Shown here: positions 23,346-35,900 of the stretch, piece by piece
How the letters are laid out: the number at the start of each line of letters is the position of its first letter
How positions within the stretch are numbered: the stretch's first letter is position 1
Assembly: GCA_977017645.1 (NCBI GenBank)
Contig: OZ360254.1
Coordinates: 5,580,001-5,644,000, forward strand
Direction of reading: 5' to 3'
Source: Torpedo marmorata
Taxonomy: Eukaryota
DNA: 64,000 nucleotides
Notes under the pieces: model-generated
Seen by the model: the letters and a program-made list of their open reading frames with translations, nothing else
The model's database searches: none
What the model was told of the DNA's origin: nothing
Translations under genes and position numbers: made by a program

Positions 23346-24203
23346 TGTTACATAATCAAACCAGCAACGACAGAAGACGCAATGCAAAAGGGGTAAAATT
23401 GAAATTATTATTTATTAAACACAAGTAAACATATAATTTCACAACAATTAACCCCACTATAAATGTCTATAAACTCTATTCTTATCTAAAAGGTGTGTGT
23501 GTGTGTGTGTAAAGACCAGACCATTACAGTCTGTGCCCAACCCTTATGTAAAAATGGAAAAAGTTTCCCCAAAAACCCCAGGTCAGTCATAAAAAACAAG
23601 TCAGTCAAAAAAAAGATAAACAGTCTACAAATTTACTCTCTAAGTTCAGGCTTCAATTCAGCTCTGGGTCTGGTAGAAGTACTTCTGAATGAACGTTGGA
23701 GAGAGACAATGACTGTTTATGCTTACAAATACTTGTTTTCTTCTCTGATGACGTCCCCTTCTTGTAGGTTCATAAGGATTGCAAGTTCCAGATCAGTATA
23801 CCACTGATTTAGGCGTGTGCTTGAATCTCACAGCTAGTCTCGCTGATCTCACGCCTGTTCTCCACAGAAGTTGCTTTTCCTCAGAATTTCTCTGAGACAG
23901 GAGGCCATGGGCTCTTCTGCCAGTGATTTTCTCTGGCTGTGCACACAAGCCTGGATCTGGCTGTGTTCGGTAGCCTTTGCAACTCACAACTGTTTGCTTT
24001 GCAGAGATCTGCCCCTGCTTTTTGCAAAAGTGCAACAATGTATCTTTTCCACAGTCTGTCTCTCTCTGCTCTCTCTCTCTCTGGGTACACCAAGTCCTGG
24101 GGAAGTTAACTTTTTCAGTACCTGGCCCCAGTGTGTACTCCAAAAGACTTCATCCTTCCTGCTGACCGTCCGCAGTCCAAATGGTCAGTCATGGTCCATA
24201 ACA
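23346..24203 (-). mobile_element. Solo LTR copy B, complete (858 bp), inserted antisense into copy A
   Basis: Termini TGTTAC../..ATAACA; exact 4-bp TSD CTTT at 23342-23345 and 24204-24207. Confidence 0.8.
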
Positions 24204-24344
24204 CTTTGCATTGCGTCTTCTGTCGTTGCTGGTTTGAGTTTGTAACAGTAGTTTGAGCAGGGCGTCAGCAACGATGAGTAATGATTGCCCCATCCCTTGT
24301 TTTGACATCAGCACCATTGTCTCTGGCCCCAAACTGCTATTGAT

Positions 24345-24706
24345 CACGGTTCCCTCTAAGCTGTGCGCATGTGCGCGCGCACACCCGTTTTGCAACCAGC
24401 GCACAAAGGAAATTAATGTGCGCATTAAAGGTTAGTTTCCTAAAATAATGTAGTAATTAATAATTTACATGATTTCACCGCAAATAAGTTACTTTGTAGA
24501 ATGCAATCCTACTTGTATTATATTAAAACATGTCAATGCAGTTTTATTAGCCATGAGAGATAGGTTGTGCCAAAATGATCTTGAAACAATTTCAAGTTTA
24601 CATTTGCACAAGCATTCAGTGCGCACATACTTTTGTCACAGGAAAAAAATTTGCACAACATAAGATTTTTGCGCACACTGACTACTAAAAATTAGAGGGA
24701 ACATTG
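24345..24706. mobile_element. hAT-type MITE
   Basis: TIRs CACGGTTCCCTCTAA / TTAGAGGGAACATTG; degenerate 8-bp flanks (5/8 match). Confidence 0.65.
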
Positions 24707-25354
24707 CTGATGACCTCAAAATCCCAATTGTCCCTGGTTCCAATGATCCAACACACCCAACACACCTGGAGGTCTTGATCCCTTCAATTCCTCCTGGTTC
24801 TCTGATTCCCAGCCTCGTCCTCCCCCCACAACCAGACAGTCTCAGGGCACCTCTATGGGTGAAACCACCTTTCAACCTCCTCTCCTCCACAGTCAGTCCC
24901 TCCACTGGCTGAACCAAACCAGACCCCCAGGTCTTGACTAGACCTCCTGACTTTCTGACCCATCTCCTTGGCTTGACTCTTTTCACCCTTCCTCAGTCCA
25001 CACGTTGTATGTAGTAGATGAGAGGGAGTGGGTGCAGAGTTTAGAAGAATGAGGGGGAAATTCTATCAAAACATAAGGGCAAATGGTGCGACGTTTCCAC
25101 CAGTAGGAGTCAAGAACAAGGCAGTATAGTTGCAGAAATAAGGGTGTGAATGTTTAAACTGTACAAAATACTTCCTCTTGAAGGTAGCATGTCTATGGAA
25201 TTCTCTTCCTCTGGATCACCAGAGGAATTTAAAGAGCAGATGAGGCCTGGGGCAGATCAGCCGTGATAATACTGAATTGGAAGGCAGGCTAGAGGGGCCG
25301 AGTGGCCTCCTCCTGATCCCACCTTCTCCTGTCTTTAGTGGTGAATCTTTATAC

Positions 25355-26056
25355 CAGGACACCACAGGCAAAACCCTCCCCATTATCGAGAACATCTACA
25401 GGGAACGCTGCCGTCGGAGAGCAGCAGCAATCATCAAGGATCCACACCACCCAGCACACGCTCTGTTCTCACTGCTACCATCAGGAAAGAGGTATAGGTG
25501 CCACAAGACTTGCACCATCAGACTCCTCAACAACAAACTCAATCAGGGACTCATTTAAGGACTCTTACTTTTGCGCTTTATTGATTTTTTTCTCTTTGCA
25601 TTGCTCAGTCAGTTGGTTTACATTTCTTTGTTTGTTTACATGTGTATGTTGAGTACAGTTTTTTCTGCACTACCAATAAATGGGTTGGCGTAGCGGTTAG
25701 CCCAACGCCTTTACAGCGTCAGCGATCGGGACCGGGGTTCGAATCCCGTGCTGTCTGTAAGGAGTTTGTACGTTCTCCCCGTGTCTGCATGGGTTTCCCC
25801 CAGGGATTGCCTCCCACCATTTTAAATGTACCGGGCGTGTAGGTTAATTGGGTGTAAATTGGGTGGCACGGACTCGTGGGCCGAAATGGCCTGTTACAGT
25901 GCTGTATGTCTAAATTTAAAATTTAAAAAAATGTAAAAGTGGTAATTCTGGTAATTCTGGTAAGTGGTAATTCTGCCTCGCCGGCAAGAAAAAGAATCTC
26001 AGGGTTTTTTGTGATGTCATGTATGCACTCTGACAATAAATCTGAACTTTGAACTT
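25355..26056 (+). mobile_element. Rex1/Babar subfamily 3' fragment containing a V-SINE (25681-25930)
   Basis: [23 protein letters not shown]; GACAATAAATCTGAAC tail. Confidence 0.82.
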
Positions 26057-26678
26057 AGAAGTGGTGTGCATGCAAAGACCATAAGTTTAAACCCAAACCA
26101 CTGTTCCTCAGTGGACATAGAATGACATTAACAATCAGACTGTGCCCAAGGAATGGCACACGAGGATTCAACCTTATTGTCACATGTCCCAAGATGTCGT
26201 GATGGAAGTTGTTTTGCGAGCAATCCAGTTGGACATATCATACAAAATTCAACAAGTAAGGCACAGTACAGAAGTGCAGGGTTACAGAGAGAGATCAGTT
26301 GGTACAGAGCAAAGGCGACATCATTTTACTGGTGTGAGGTTCATTCAGGACTCTGATCGCAGCAGGAAAGAAGGTGTCCTTGAATTTGGTGGTGCGTGAT
26401 CTCACACTCTTGAAACTTCTTGACGGGAGGGAGAGGCAGAGGAGGGGATGAAGAGAGTGTGGTCAGGGTGGGATGAATCTTTAGATATGTTGGATGCTTT
26501 TCAAGGCAGCAGGAGTTGTAGATGGAGGGGAGGAAGGAGGGAGTGTGTGATGGTCTGAGCCACATTCACAACCCTCTGCAGTTTCTTGTAGTCTTGGGCC
26601 GATAAGTTCCCGAGGGCCATTCCGTGTCGAATAAGATGCTTCTCCAGAGGAGTAGCGGAGATATCGGGGCAGAGCCAA

Positions 26679-27232
26679 GATTTCAGATTTCAGATTTATT
26701 GTCAAGAGTACATACATGACATCACATACAACCCTGAGATTCCTTTCTCCTGCGGGCGTGGCAGAATTACCACTAATTGGTAGGGCAAAAAATAAAACTG
26801 TACACAGCGTGAACATGTAAACAAATAAAGAACTGTAAACAGATAACGAATGTAAACAAACTGACTGTGCAATACAGAGAGAACAAAAAGAAAATCAATA
26901 AAGTGCACAAGTAAGAGTCCTTAAATGAGTCCCTGACTGAGTTTGTCGTTGAGGAGTCTGATGGTGGAGGGGTAGCAGCTGTTCCTGAACCTGGTGGTGC
27001 GAGTCTTGTGGCACCTATACCTCTTTCCTGATGGCAGCAGCAAGAACAGAGCGTGTGCTGGGTGGTGTGGATCCTTGATGATTGCCGCTGATCTCCGACA
27101 GCAGCGTTCCCTGCAGATGTTCTCGATGGTGGGGAGGGTTTTGCCTGTAATGTCCTGGGCTGTGTCCACTACCTTTTGGAGGGCTTTACGCTCAGGGGTA
27201 TTGGTGTTCCCATACCAGACCGTGATGCAACC
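26679..27232 (-). mobile_element. Rex1/Babar subfamily 3' fragment, (CTGAAAT)n tail
   Basis: [29 protein letters not shown]. Confidence 0.85.
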
Positions 27233-27419
27233 ATTGGGCACCATATTGGCTTTGAGAGAGAAGGGGGAGAAGCTGAAGGGTTTTAAGTAATTTTGGAGAG
27301 TCGGATCCAGTGGGAGACAGGCATGGGCACAGGGAGAGGAGCTGGAGATCAGCTGAGCAGCTACTTCAATCTGGAAAAGATTGGTGAGATGGAGTTGGAG
27401 TGAAGCAAATCAGCTTTAT

Positions 27420-27990
27420 AAAGAAGTGGGAAGAGGGGAAGGGAGAAAAGAGGAGAGGAGAGAAAGAGAGAGAAGGGGTGAGAGAGAAAGAGAGGAGCAT
27501 GAGGTATTGGAAAGTGTGTGTGAGAGGGGACGAGAGAGAGAGAGAGAGAGAGAAAGAGAGTCAAGTCAAGTCAAGTTTCTTGTCATCTGATTGCACAAAT
27601 ACAACCCGGTGAATCAGCGTTCTCTGGTCCTCGGTGCAAGACACGCAGACACACTACCAGACATAACCCACATTCAGACAAGCAATCCATACGCAGGACA
27701 AGTATTCATATATGCAAATAAATAAATAAATATTGTTTCATAAATATGAGAGTCTCGGATGGTTCGTGTGAGCAGTGAGAATGGGAGTGGGAAAAGAGGA
27801 GTGAGAAAGGAAGTGTGAGAGAAGAAGGGATGTGGGGTGAAAGGGAGTGTGAGGGGGTTGAAAGAGAGAGAGAGAGTGTGAGAGAGAAGGGTGATAGAGG
27901 TTGGATGAGAGAAAGAGATAGTGAAAAGGGCAGAGAATTGGAGAAAGGGTCAGATCATCGGAGGGAAATTAGGAATTAGAGAGAGGGATC
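27420..27990. repeat. GA-rich low-complexity tract with an embedded Rex1-type tail fragment (27560-27775)
   Basis: (GA)n runs; tail matches 12183-12410. Confidence 0.8.
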
Positions 27991-28456
27991 AAAGATATCG
28001 GGAAGAGAAAGGCATCCCCAGTGATTATCAACTGAAGGACAGTGTACTGGACTCAGTGAATGAGCTCATTCTTCCTCATTAAGTGAGGGCTTTGTATCAT
28101 TTCTACTACATGATCACATTTCAGAATCAAATCCATTCAACATTTTAATTATAGTGTCTGGAAACTGAGAGTGCTCACCCTCTGGTTTGGAGGTAATAGA
28201 ATTCAGCTTAAACTCACTTTCTGTCAAGAGAGACGGAGACATTATACGTGTTTACATCCTGTGGTGGACGGGGCAGGAGATATAATATACAACATCTCAT
28301 TAGTACAGATGAACAATACACCTCATTTACTTTGAGTGAGAGATACTTCTGAAAGGATTTATTATTCGGAAAAGAGCTTCTGATCCGATAATTCAGAGCT
28401 CTAACTATGTAAAAAAGTTACTTTTGTGCCAGGAGCAGAAGGGTGACTCTCTGGAT

Positions 28457-28709
28457 GGGCGGCACGGTTAGCGTAGCGGTTAGTGCAACGCTGTTACAGC
28501 GCCCAAGACTGGGGATCGAATCCGCCGCTGTCTGTAAGGAGTTTGTACTTTCTCCCCGTGTCTGCGTGTGTTTCCTCCGGGAGCTCCGGTTTCCTCCCAC
28601 CATCCAAAACGTACCGGGCATTGTAGGTCAATAGGGTGTAATGGGTGGCACGGGCTCGTGGGCCGAAAGGGCCTGTTACCGTGCTGTATGTCTAAATTTT
28701 AAAAAAAAT
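28457..28709 (+). mobile_element. V-SINE
   Basis: Full head, V-domain and tail. Confidence 0.9.
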
Positions 28710-28762
28710 CCAGTTGACTCACCATATCACTGTTCAGAGGCAACACCTATCCTTGGCAAGAG

Positions 28763-29242
28763 TAAAACATGAAAGTCTGCAGACACCGTGGTTGAAGTAA
28801 AAACACAATGCTGGAGAAACTCAGCAGATCAAACAGTGCACTCTATATAGCAAAGCTAAAGATACATAACCAACGTTTTGGGCTTGAGCCCTTCATTAAG
28901 GTATGAGCAAAATGTCGGCAGGCGCCCGAACAAAATGGTGGGGGGGAGGGGCACGGGGAGGAGCACAGGCCCACAGTCAGGAGGTAATAGGTGGATAAGG
29001 GTGGGAGGGCACACTTCCCTTGTTTTGCCGAACATTTTTACCTTGATGAAGCGCTCAAGCCCGAAACGTTGGTTATGTACTGTATCTTTCTGTACACTGT
29101 TTGACCTGCTGAGTTTCTCCAGCATTGTGGGGCACAGAATTGAAATGGTTGGCCACTGGGAGATCCCTGCCAATGACTCACTCCTACGCTGACATATCTG
29201 TCCATGGCCTCGTGCACTGCCAAACCAAGGCCACCCGTAAAG
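28763..29242. mobile_element. Penelope-derived palindromic element plus GIY-YIG C-terminal scraps
   Basis: Inverted arms with two opposed hammerhead-like cores (~28870-28902 minus, ~29040-29073 plus); HSYADISVHGLVHCQTKATRK. Confidence 0.75.
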
Positions 29243-29355
29243 TCCCACTGCAGAGGAGGCAGCAGAAATCAACGCAAGTTGATCCAGGAGCAAAGAGGTG
29301 TTTTACTGAGGAGTCTCATCTGAATATGCTTGACCTGTTGATGGGCCATTTCGAG

Positions 29356-29568
29356 CAGCCATTCCCTGGGGGCCACAGCACGTTTAAGTAAAAGCCTGGT
29401 TTTCTTTTCACCTCACGTAACATCAATATTTTTTATGTTTTTAATGTAGTCGGTCAGAGAGAAGTACGGAAGAAACCAAAACTTGACTGCTTCACAGGCA
29501 AGGGGGCCCATAAACTTTGAGCAGAGTCCTAAGGGGGGCATTAGCTGCATAACGGTTAAGAATGGCTG
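29356..29568. mobile_element. Possible hAT/Charlie-type MITE remnant
   Basis: Short TIR CAGCCATTC / GAATGGCTG; right flank TTCTAGAC; TSD not matched. Confidence 0.4.
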
Positions 29569-30317
29569 TTCTAGACCACTTGTGTGTCTGATATGTTTGT
29601 GAGCAACCTCTTGGAACTGAGAATGTGAAAATGAGAGCCATCCCGTGTAGAATAACTGTGATGGGAGAGAAGATAATAACACAAGAAACATAAACCAGGC
29701 AGGCCGTGTGTCTGTGCTATATGATAAGGTCATGGCCCACCTTTCACCTCTGCAACACTTTCGTGCACCAACCCCATTTTCTAGATCCCCTCAATAAACT
29801 ATCTCCCTTTGTCTTAAATATACACAGAGGAATATTCCAAAGGTTCATCATCCTTTGGGTAGAATTTTTTCCCACCTCCCTTATTTCGAGGCAGTGACAC
29901 ACTCGCCACCCACCCCCCACCTCAGGATTGGTGCTCCCTCCATCTACCCTGGTAACATCATCATGGGCAAGCGATGAAAGTCGGAGAGGAGGGGCGGAGG
30001 GAGCAGGACAGCCGCCGGACAGGTTTCTTCGCAACGGGAGAGTAGAGGTCAGTCCGCCGTGAGAGGGAGTGGTTGGGCAGGGATGGGGGAAGGGTGAGGG
30101 ATACCCCAAGCGGCGGGGTAAATAGGCTTTGGGTGATGACACGGTTGAGCAGAGGTGCATGCACAGAAAGACAGCTGGGAACTCAGTGGGAAGATTAAAC
30201 ACTAACATACCAGTGCAAATGCTGAGGTCACCTGGTTCCGAGTTCTCTCCTCTTTCATAACTTACTTTATCTTTTTTTCTGAGTGATGGTATACAGTGAG
30301 AATTTAATTTACACCAT

Positions 30318-30716
30318 TGTAGGAGTAGAAGAATGAGGGGAGATTTGATAGAGGTATACACAATTATGAGGGGTATAGACAGAGTAAATGCAAGTCGGCT
30401 TTTTCCACTGAGGGTACGTGAGATACAAACCAGAGGACATGGGTTAAGGGTGAAAATGGAAAAGTTTATGGGGAAAATTAGGGGGAACATCTTCACACAG
30501 AGAGTAGAGGGAGCTGCCAGCTGAAGTGGTGATTGTGGGCTCAATTTGAACATTTAAAAAAAAATGACAGGTACTATGGTTCTATGGTACATCGATGGGA
30601 GAGGTATGGAGGGATATGGACTGGGTGCAGGTTAGTGGGACTAGACAGAATAAAAGTTTGGCACAGACTAGAAGGGCCGAAGGGCCTGTTTTCTGTTCAG
30701 TAATGTTCCTTGGTTC
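30318..30716 (+). mobile_element. CR1 3' fragment
   Basis: MRGDLIEVY..TRGHGLRV..IFTQRV; CR1 tail. Confidence 0.85.
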
Positions 30717-32944
30717 TAAGTTGGTGGTGTATTTTACGTACCTGTGTGGCAGCAGCAAATAGGAATTTCGGTGCATCTGTACTGATGTATATGACAATAA
30801 ACTCTCACCTCATCTTTGATTTGCTATTCCTCTTCCTGCTTCAATTCACTGGATTCCTACTCCATCTATCCCCCTTCTTTTGATCGCATCCTATTTCTAT
30901 TCCTCATTGTCCTCTCCCTCTCCAGCCCCGAGCTCTCCCCTCCTTCTCCTGTTCCTCTTCCTGCTCTCACCCCTCTTGGTTCTACCCCTTCTCTCATTCA
31001 CTGCACTCCAGCCTCCTGCTCTCGTTCCTTTCCCTCCTCCCGCTGCTGTCCCTCCTCGGAATCCCCGGTGCAACGTTTCTGGGACACGTTGCTTTCTGTC
31101 TGGTGTGTGACCCGGTGTGGCACTGCTAATCCTACGCCCTGCCGGGCTCAGGGCCGGATTAACTTAGTAGCAAAAGTAGCATATGCTATGGGCCCTGCAT
31201 TTTCAAGGGCCTCGCGCTAAATGCTTGCAAGCTATCAATTCCAATTCAGTGATTCTGCACTTGCTCTATTACTATAGTACTATACTGCCTTCAATTTTTA
31301 TGGATGGGAGTGTGGTATCTATGTGATACATATACGACGCATAAATACGAAGGTATTTGAAACTGAAGTCATAGCCGCTGCACAAAGATGAAAACGAAAA
31401 TGGAAACGCACCTTAGCTGAACAGTGAAAACATGCCCCAGGCCCTCAGTCAGCTGGCTGGTTTGTTTACATGTCGGGGGAGCTGCATTGCTGCAAGGTAC
31501 GTAACCATTACGCACGTCATTAATAACATGATACGACATAAAATTGGCTAATTTATACAAATTAAATTACTTACCATTATTTGTGAAAATAAAGAAAGAT
31601 TTAGAAAATTGGAAAGATTTACCTATAACTTTAATGGGAAGAGTAAATTGTATTAAAATGAATGTTTTTCCAAGAATTCAATATCTTTTTCAATCAATTC
31701 CTTATGGAATTCCTCAAAAATATTTTAAAGATTTAAATTCAATTATTAGAAGATTTTTATGGAAAGGAAAGTTAGCAAGAGTAGGTATGGAAAAATTAAC
31801 TTGGAATTATGAAATGGGTGGTTTACAACTTCCTAATTTCCAAAATGATTATAAAGCAGCTCAACTAAAATTTGTTAATGAATTTTTTGATTCAACTAAA
31901 TCTTCTGCTTGGATTAAAATAGAATTAAATAATATAGGAGAAGATTCTAAAGAAGAAGTTATTTATAAATGGGATTCTAAATTAATATCAACAAGAAAGA
32001 AAAATTCACCTATTTTTAAACATTTGTTAGAAATATGGAATAAGACGGATAAGGAAATAGGAGGAAAAGGATTGATTTCTTCAAGGATGCCTTTATACCA
32101 AAATGGACTTATTCCATTTACTATTAATAATCAATTATTTAAAATTTGGTTTCAAAAAGGAATTAAGAAGATTAATGATTGTTTTGAAGCTGGGAAATTT
32201 ATTACTTTTCAAAGAATGAAAGATAAATTTAATATATTAGTTAATACACCTTTTGCTTATTATCAAATTAGAGCTTTTCTGATTGAGAAATTAGGTTATG
32301 CTTTGATTTTACCAAGACAGAATGAATTAGAATTATTAGTTACTAATGGAGATGTCAATAAATTTATTTCTCAAATGTATAAATTGTTTCAGAGGAAAAC
32401 GCCTAAAGTCGGAATGCATAAATCAAGATTAAAATGGGAATTAGATTTAAATGTAAGAATAGATGAAAATCATTGGAAAGAATTATGTAAATTAAGTATG
32501 ACGAAGATTATTAATGTTAGATATAGATTAGTACAATAGACAATTTTTTTCATCAATTATATTTAACACCTAAAAAACTAAAGAAATTTAATCCGACATT
32601 ATCAGGTTTATGTTTTAGATGTAATAAAGTGGAAGGGTCTTTTGTACATTCTACATGGTTTTGTCCAAAAGTTTATGATTTTTGGTTGAAAGTTTAAAAA
32701 ATTTTAGATAAAGTATTTAAGATTACATTTCCAATGGATCCTATGATATTTTTGTTTGGAGATATTAGAAAATTTAGTATTAAGATGAAATTAAATATGT
32801 ATCAAATAGAATTTTTGTGAATTGCTTTAGCTGTTTCAAAGAAATGTATTGCTAGTACTTGGAAATCTGATTTAGATTTAGGATTAGAAAGATGGCATGC
32901 AGAACTTTGTTCGTGTATACCACTTGAAAAAATTACTTATAATT

Positions 32945-35900
32945 CAGAATCAGAATCAGAATCAGAATTTATTGTCATGAACAAGTCATGAAATTCGGTG
33001 CTTTGCGGCAGCATCATAGTGCAATTAACATTCATATTAACCATTCTAACGACATTACTATATAAAAATTATAAACAATAGTGCACTAGTGTCTTTGGTT
33101 CATTGATTGTTCAGGAATCTGATGGCAGCGGGGAAGAAGCTGACCTTGTGCCGTTGAGTGCTCGTCTTTAGGCTCCTGTACCTTTTCCCTGATGGAAGCA
33201 GCGTGAAGAGGGCATGGCCTGGGTGGTGGGGGTCCTTGAGGATAGAGGCTGCTTTATTAAGACATCGCCTCATGTAGATGTCCTCGATGGAGTGAAGTTT
33301 GGTGCCCGTGATGTCACAAGCCGAGGTAACAACCTTCTGGAGTTTGCACTTGTCCTGGGAGTTGGCACCACCATACCAGGCAGTGATGCAACCAGCTAGA
33401 ATGCTCTCCACGGTACACCTGTAGAAGTTCACAAGAGTCTTTGGCGACATACCGAATCTCCGCAATCGCCTCACAAAGTATAGCCGCTGACGAGCCTTCT
33501 TTGTGATTGCATCCACGTGGATGCTCCAGGACAGATCCTCGGAGATGTTGACACCCAGGAATTTGAAGTTCTTGACCCTCTCCACGACTGAGCCCTCGAT
33601 GAGGACTGGGTTGTGTTCCCCTGACTTCCTCCTGAAGTCCACAATCATCTCCTTGGTTTTACTGACGTTGAGCTCGAGGTTGTTGTCATTACACCATTCA
33701 ATGAGCTGATCTATCTCCCTCCTGTACGCTTCCTCATTGCCGTTTGTGATTCTGCCGACAACTGTGGTGTCATCGGCAAACTTGTATATGGCATTGGAAT
33801 TGTGCCTGGCCTCACAGTCATGAGTGTATAGCGAGTAGAGCAGTGGGCTAAGCACACATCCTTGGGGTGCGCCTGTGTTGATAATCAGTGAGGAGGAGAC
33901 GTTGTTTCCAATTCGTACTGACTGTGGTCTTCCGATGAGAAAGTCAAGGATCCAGTTGCAGAGTGGGGTACAGAGGCCTAGAGTTTGTAGCTTCTTGACC
34001 AGCACTGAGGGAATAATGGTATTGAAGGCCGAGCTGTAGTCTATGAAGAGCAGCCGTATGTATGAATTGCTGTTTTCGAGGTGATCCAGAGCTGAGTGGA
34101 GAGCCAGCGATATTGCATCTGCTGTGGAGCGATTGTGACGATAGGCGAATTGCAATGGGTCCAGATCTTTGCTTAGGTATGTGTTAATTCTGGTCATGAC
34201 CAGCCTCTCAAAACATTTCATCACCGTAGAAGTTAGTGCTACTGGGCGATAGTCGTTGAGGCAGCTCACACTACTCTTCTTGGGCACCGGGATGATTGAT
34301 GCCCTTTTGAAGCAGGTGGGAACCTCTGACTGCCGCAATGAGAGGTTGAAAATGTCCGTGAACACTCCGGCTAGTTGGTTGGCGCAGATTTTCAATACCC
34401 TGCCAGGTACGCCGTCAGGGCCTGACGCCTTGCGAGGGTTCACCCTCTTGAATGATGTTCTGACGTCGCCCTCAGAGACAGATATCACAGGGTCCTCTGC
34501 CCTCTCAGGGATTCTATTAGGCACCGTTTTGTTCTTCTTCTCAAAGCGGGCATAGAAGGTGTTCAGCTCATCGGGTAGTGAAGCATCACAGCCGTCTATA
34601 GTGTTCCCTCTCGTTTTGTAGGCTGTAATGGCCTGCACTCCCTGCCATAGCTGCCGTGTATCTGTCTCTGTCTCTAGCTTCCTTCGGAATTGCCACTTTC
34701 CTTCAGAGATGGCCTTCCGCAGGTCGTGCCTGGACTTTTTGTAAAGATCCCGGTCCCCTTCTTTAAACGCCCTTGTTCTCGTCCTCAGCAAGTTGCGAAT
34801 TCTTTGATTCATCCAGGGCTTCTGGTTGGGGAACACCCGGTATTTGCGCGTGGGCACACACTCATCCACGCAGGTCTTGATGAAGTCGGTGACACTTGTT
34901 GCATATTCATTTATGTCTATGGCTGAGTGCTTGAATATGTTCCAGTCCACCGAGTCAAAGCAGTCCTGCAGACGCTCCTCCGCCTCCCTTGACCACACTT
35001 TCGCTGTCCTCTCCACTGTTGCTGTGGACTTTAGTCTCTGCTTGTACGCCGGGAGTAGAAGTACAGCCAGGTGATCAGACTTGCCGAAGTGCGGTCGTGG
35101 TATGGCTCGGTAGGCGTTCTTCACGGTGGTGTAGCAGTGGTCAAGTGTGTTGGTTCCCCTGGTCTCGCAAGTGATGTGTTGGTGGTAGTTTGTCAGTGAC
35201 TTCTTCAGGTTGGCCTGATTGAAGTCTCCCACAATGATCGGGAAGGCATCAGGATGTGCTGTCTCATGGCTGTTTATCACAGTGCTCAGTCCCTCCAGTG
35301 CCAGCCTGACGTTAGCCTGGGGCGGAATGTACACTGCGACCAGGATGATGGCGGTGAACTCCCTCGGCAGATAGAATGGGCGACACTTGATCGCCAGATG
35401 TTCTAGGTCGGGGGAGCAGGACTGGGACATGATCGTCACGTCTGTGCACCACGATGAATTGATGATGACACACACGCCGCCTCCCCTGGTTTTTCCAGAC
35501 GCCGGTGTTCGGTCAGCGCGGTGGAGGGTGTAGCCCTTGGGCTGTAGCGCCGTGTCCGGAATGTCCTTGTTTAGCCACGTTTCTGTGAAGCACATCACGC
35601 AGCACTCCCTGATGACTCCCTGATATTGAATTCTGGCTTGGAGTTCATCAAATTTGTTCTCCAAGGATTGAACGTTGGCCAGTAGGATGGTAGGGAGCGG
35701 AAGCTTCAGGTCCCCCCTTCTCAGTTTGACTTGTAGCCCCCCTCTGCGTCCCCGTGGTCGGGACTTCTTTACCTGGCCCTTGGATCCGCGTCTACGTGGT
35801 CGGGGCTTCTTTACCTGGCCCTTGGATCCGCTGCCGGTAGGTCCCGCAGTGTTTAAACGGACGGTGCGCTGTCCCTTTAAATCCTGCGCGATTTGTAATT

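Larger units (their letters stand above)
20160..24247 (+). mobile_element. Solo LTR copy A (TGTTAT..GTAACA, Gypsy/ERV-type) with nested insertions
   Basis: Pieces 20160-20173, 22467-23345 and 24208-24247 are colinear with copy B; 4-bp TSD GCAG/GTAG; AATAAA near 23314. Confidence 0.75.

Noticed and set aside
23346-24247. Ginger-like DNA transposon with 43-bp TGT..ACA TIRs
   Set aside because: Explained by antisense LTR-in-LTR insertion with a CTTT TSD; no TSD flanks this interval.
33214-35174. Recurrent antisense ORFs (MAWVVGV.., MIASTW..) in every Rex1 copy
   Set aside because: Shadow ORFs, repeated only because the copies are near-identical.
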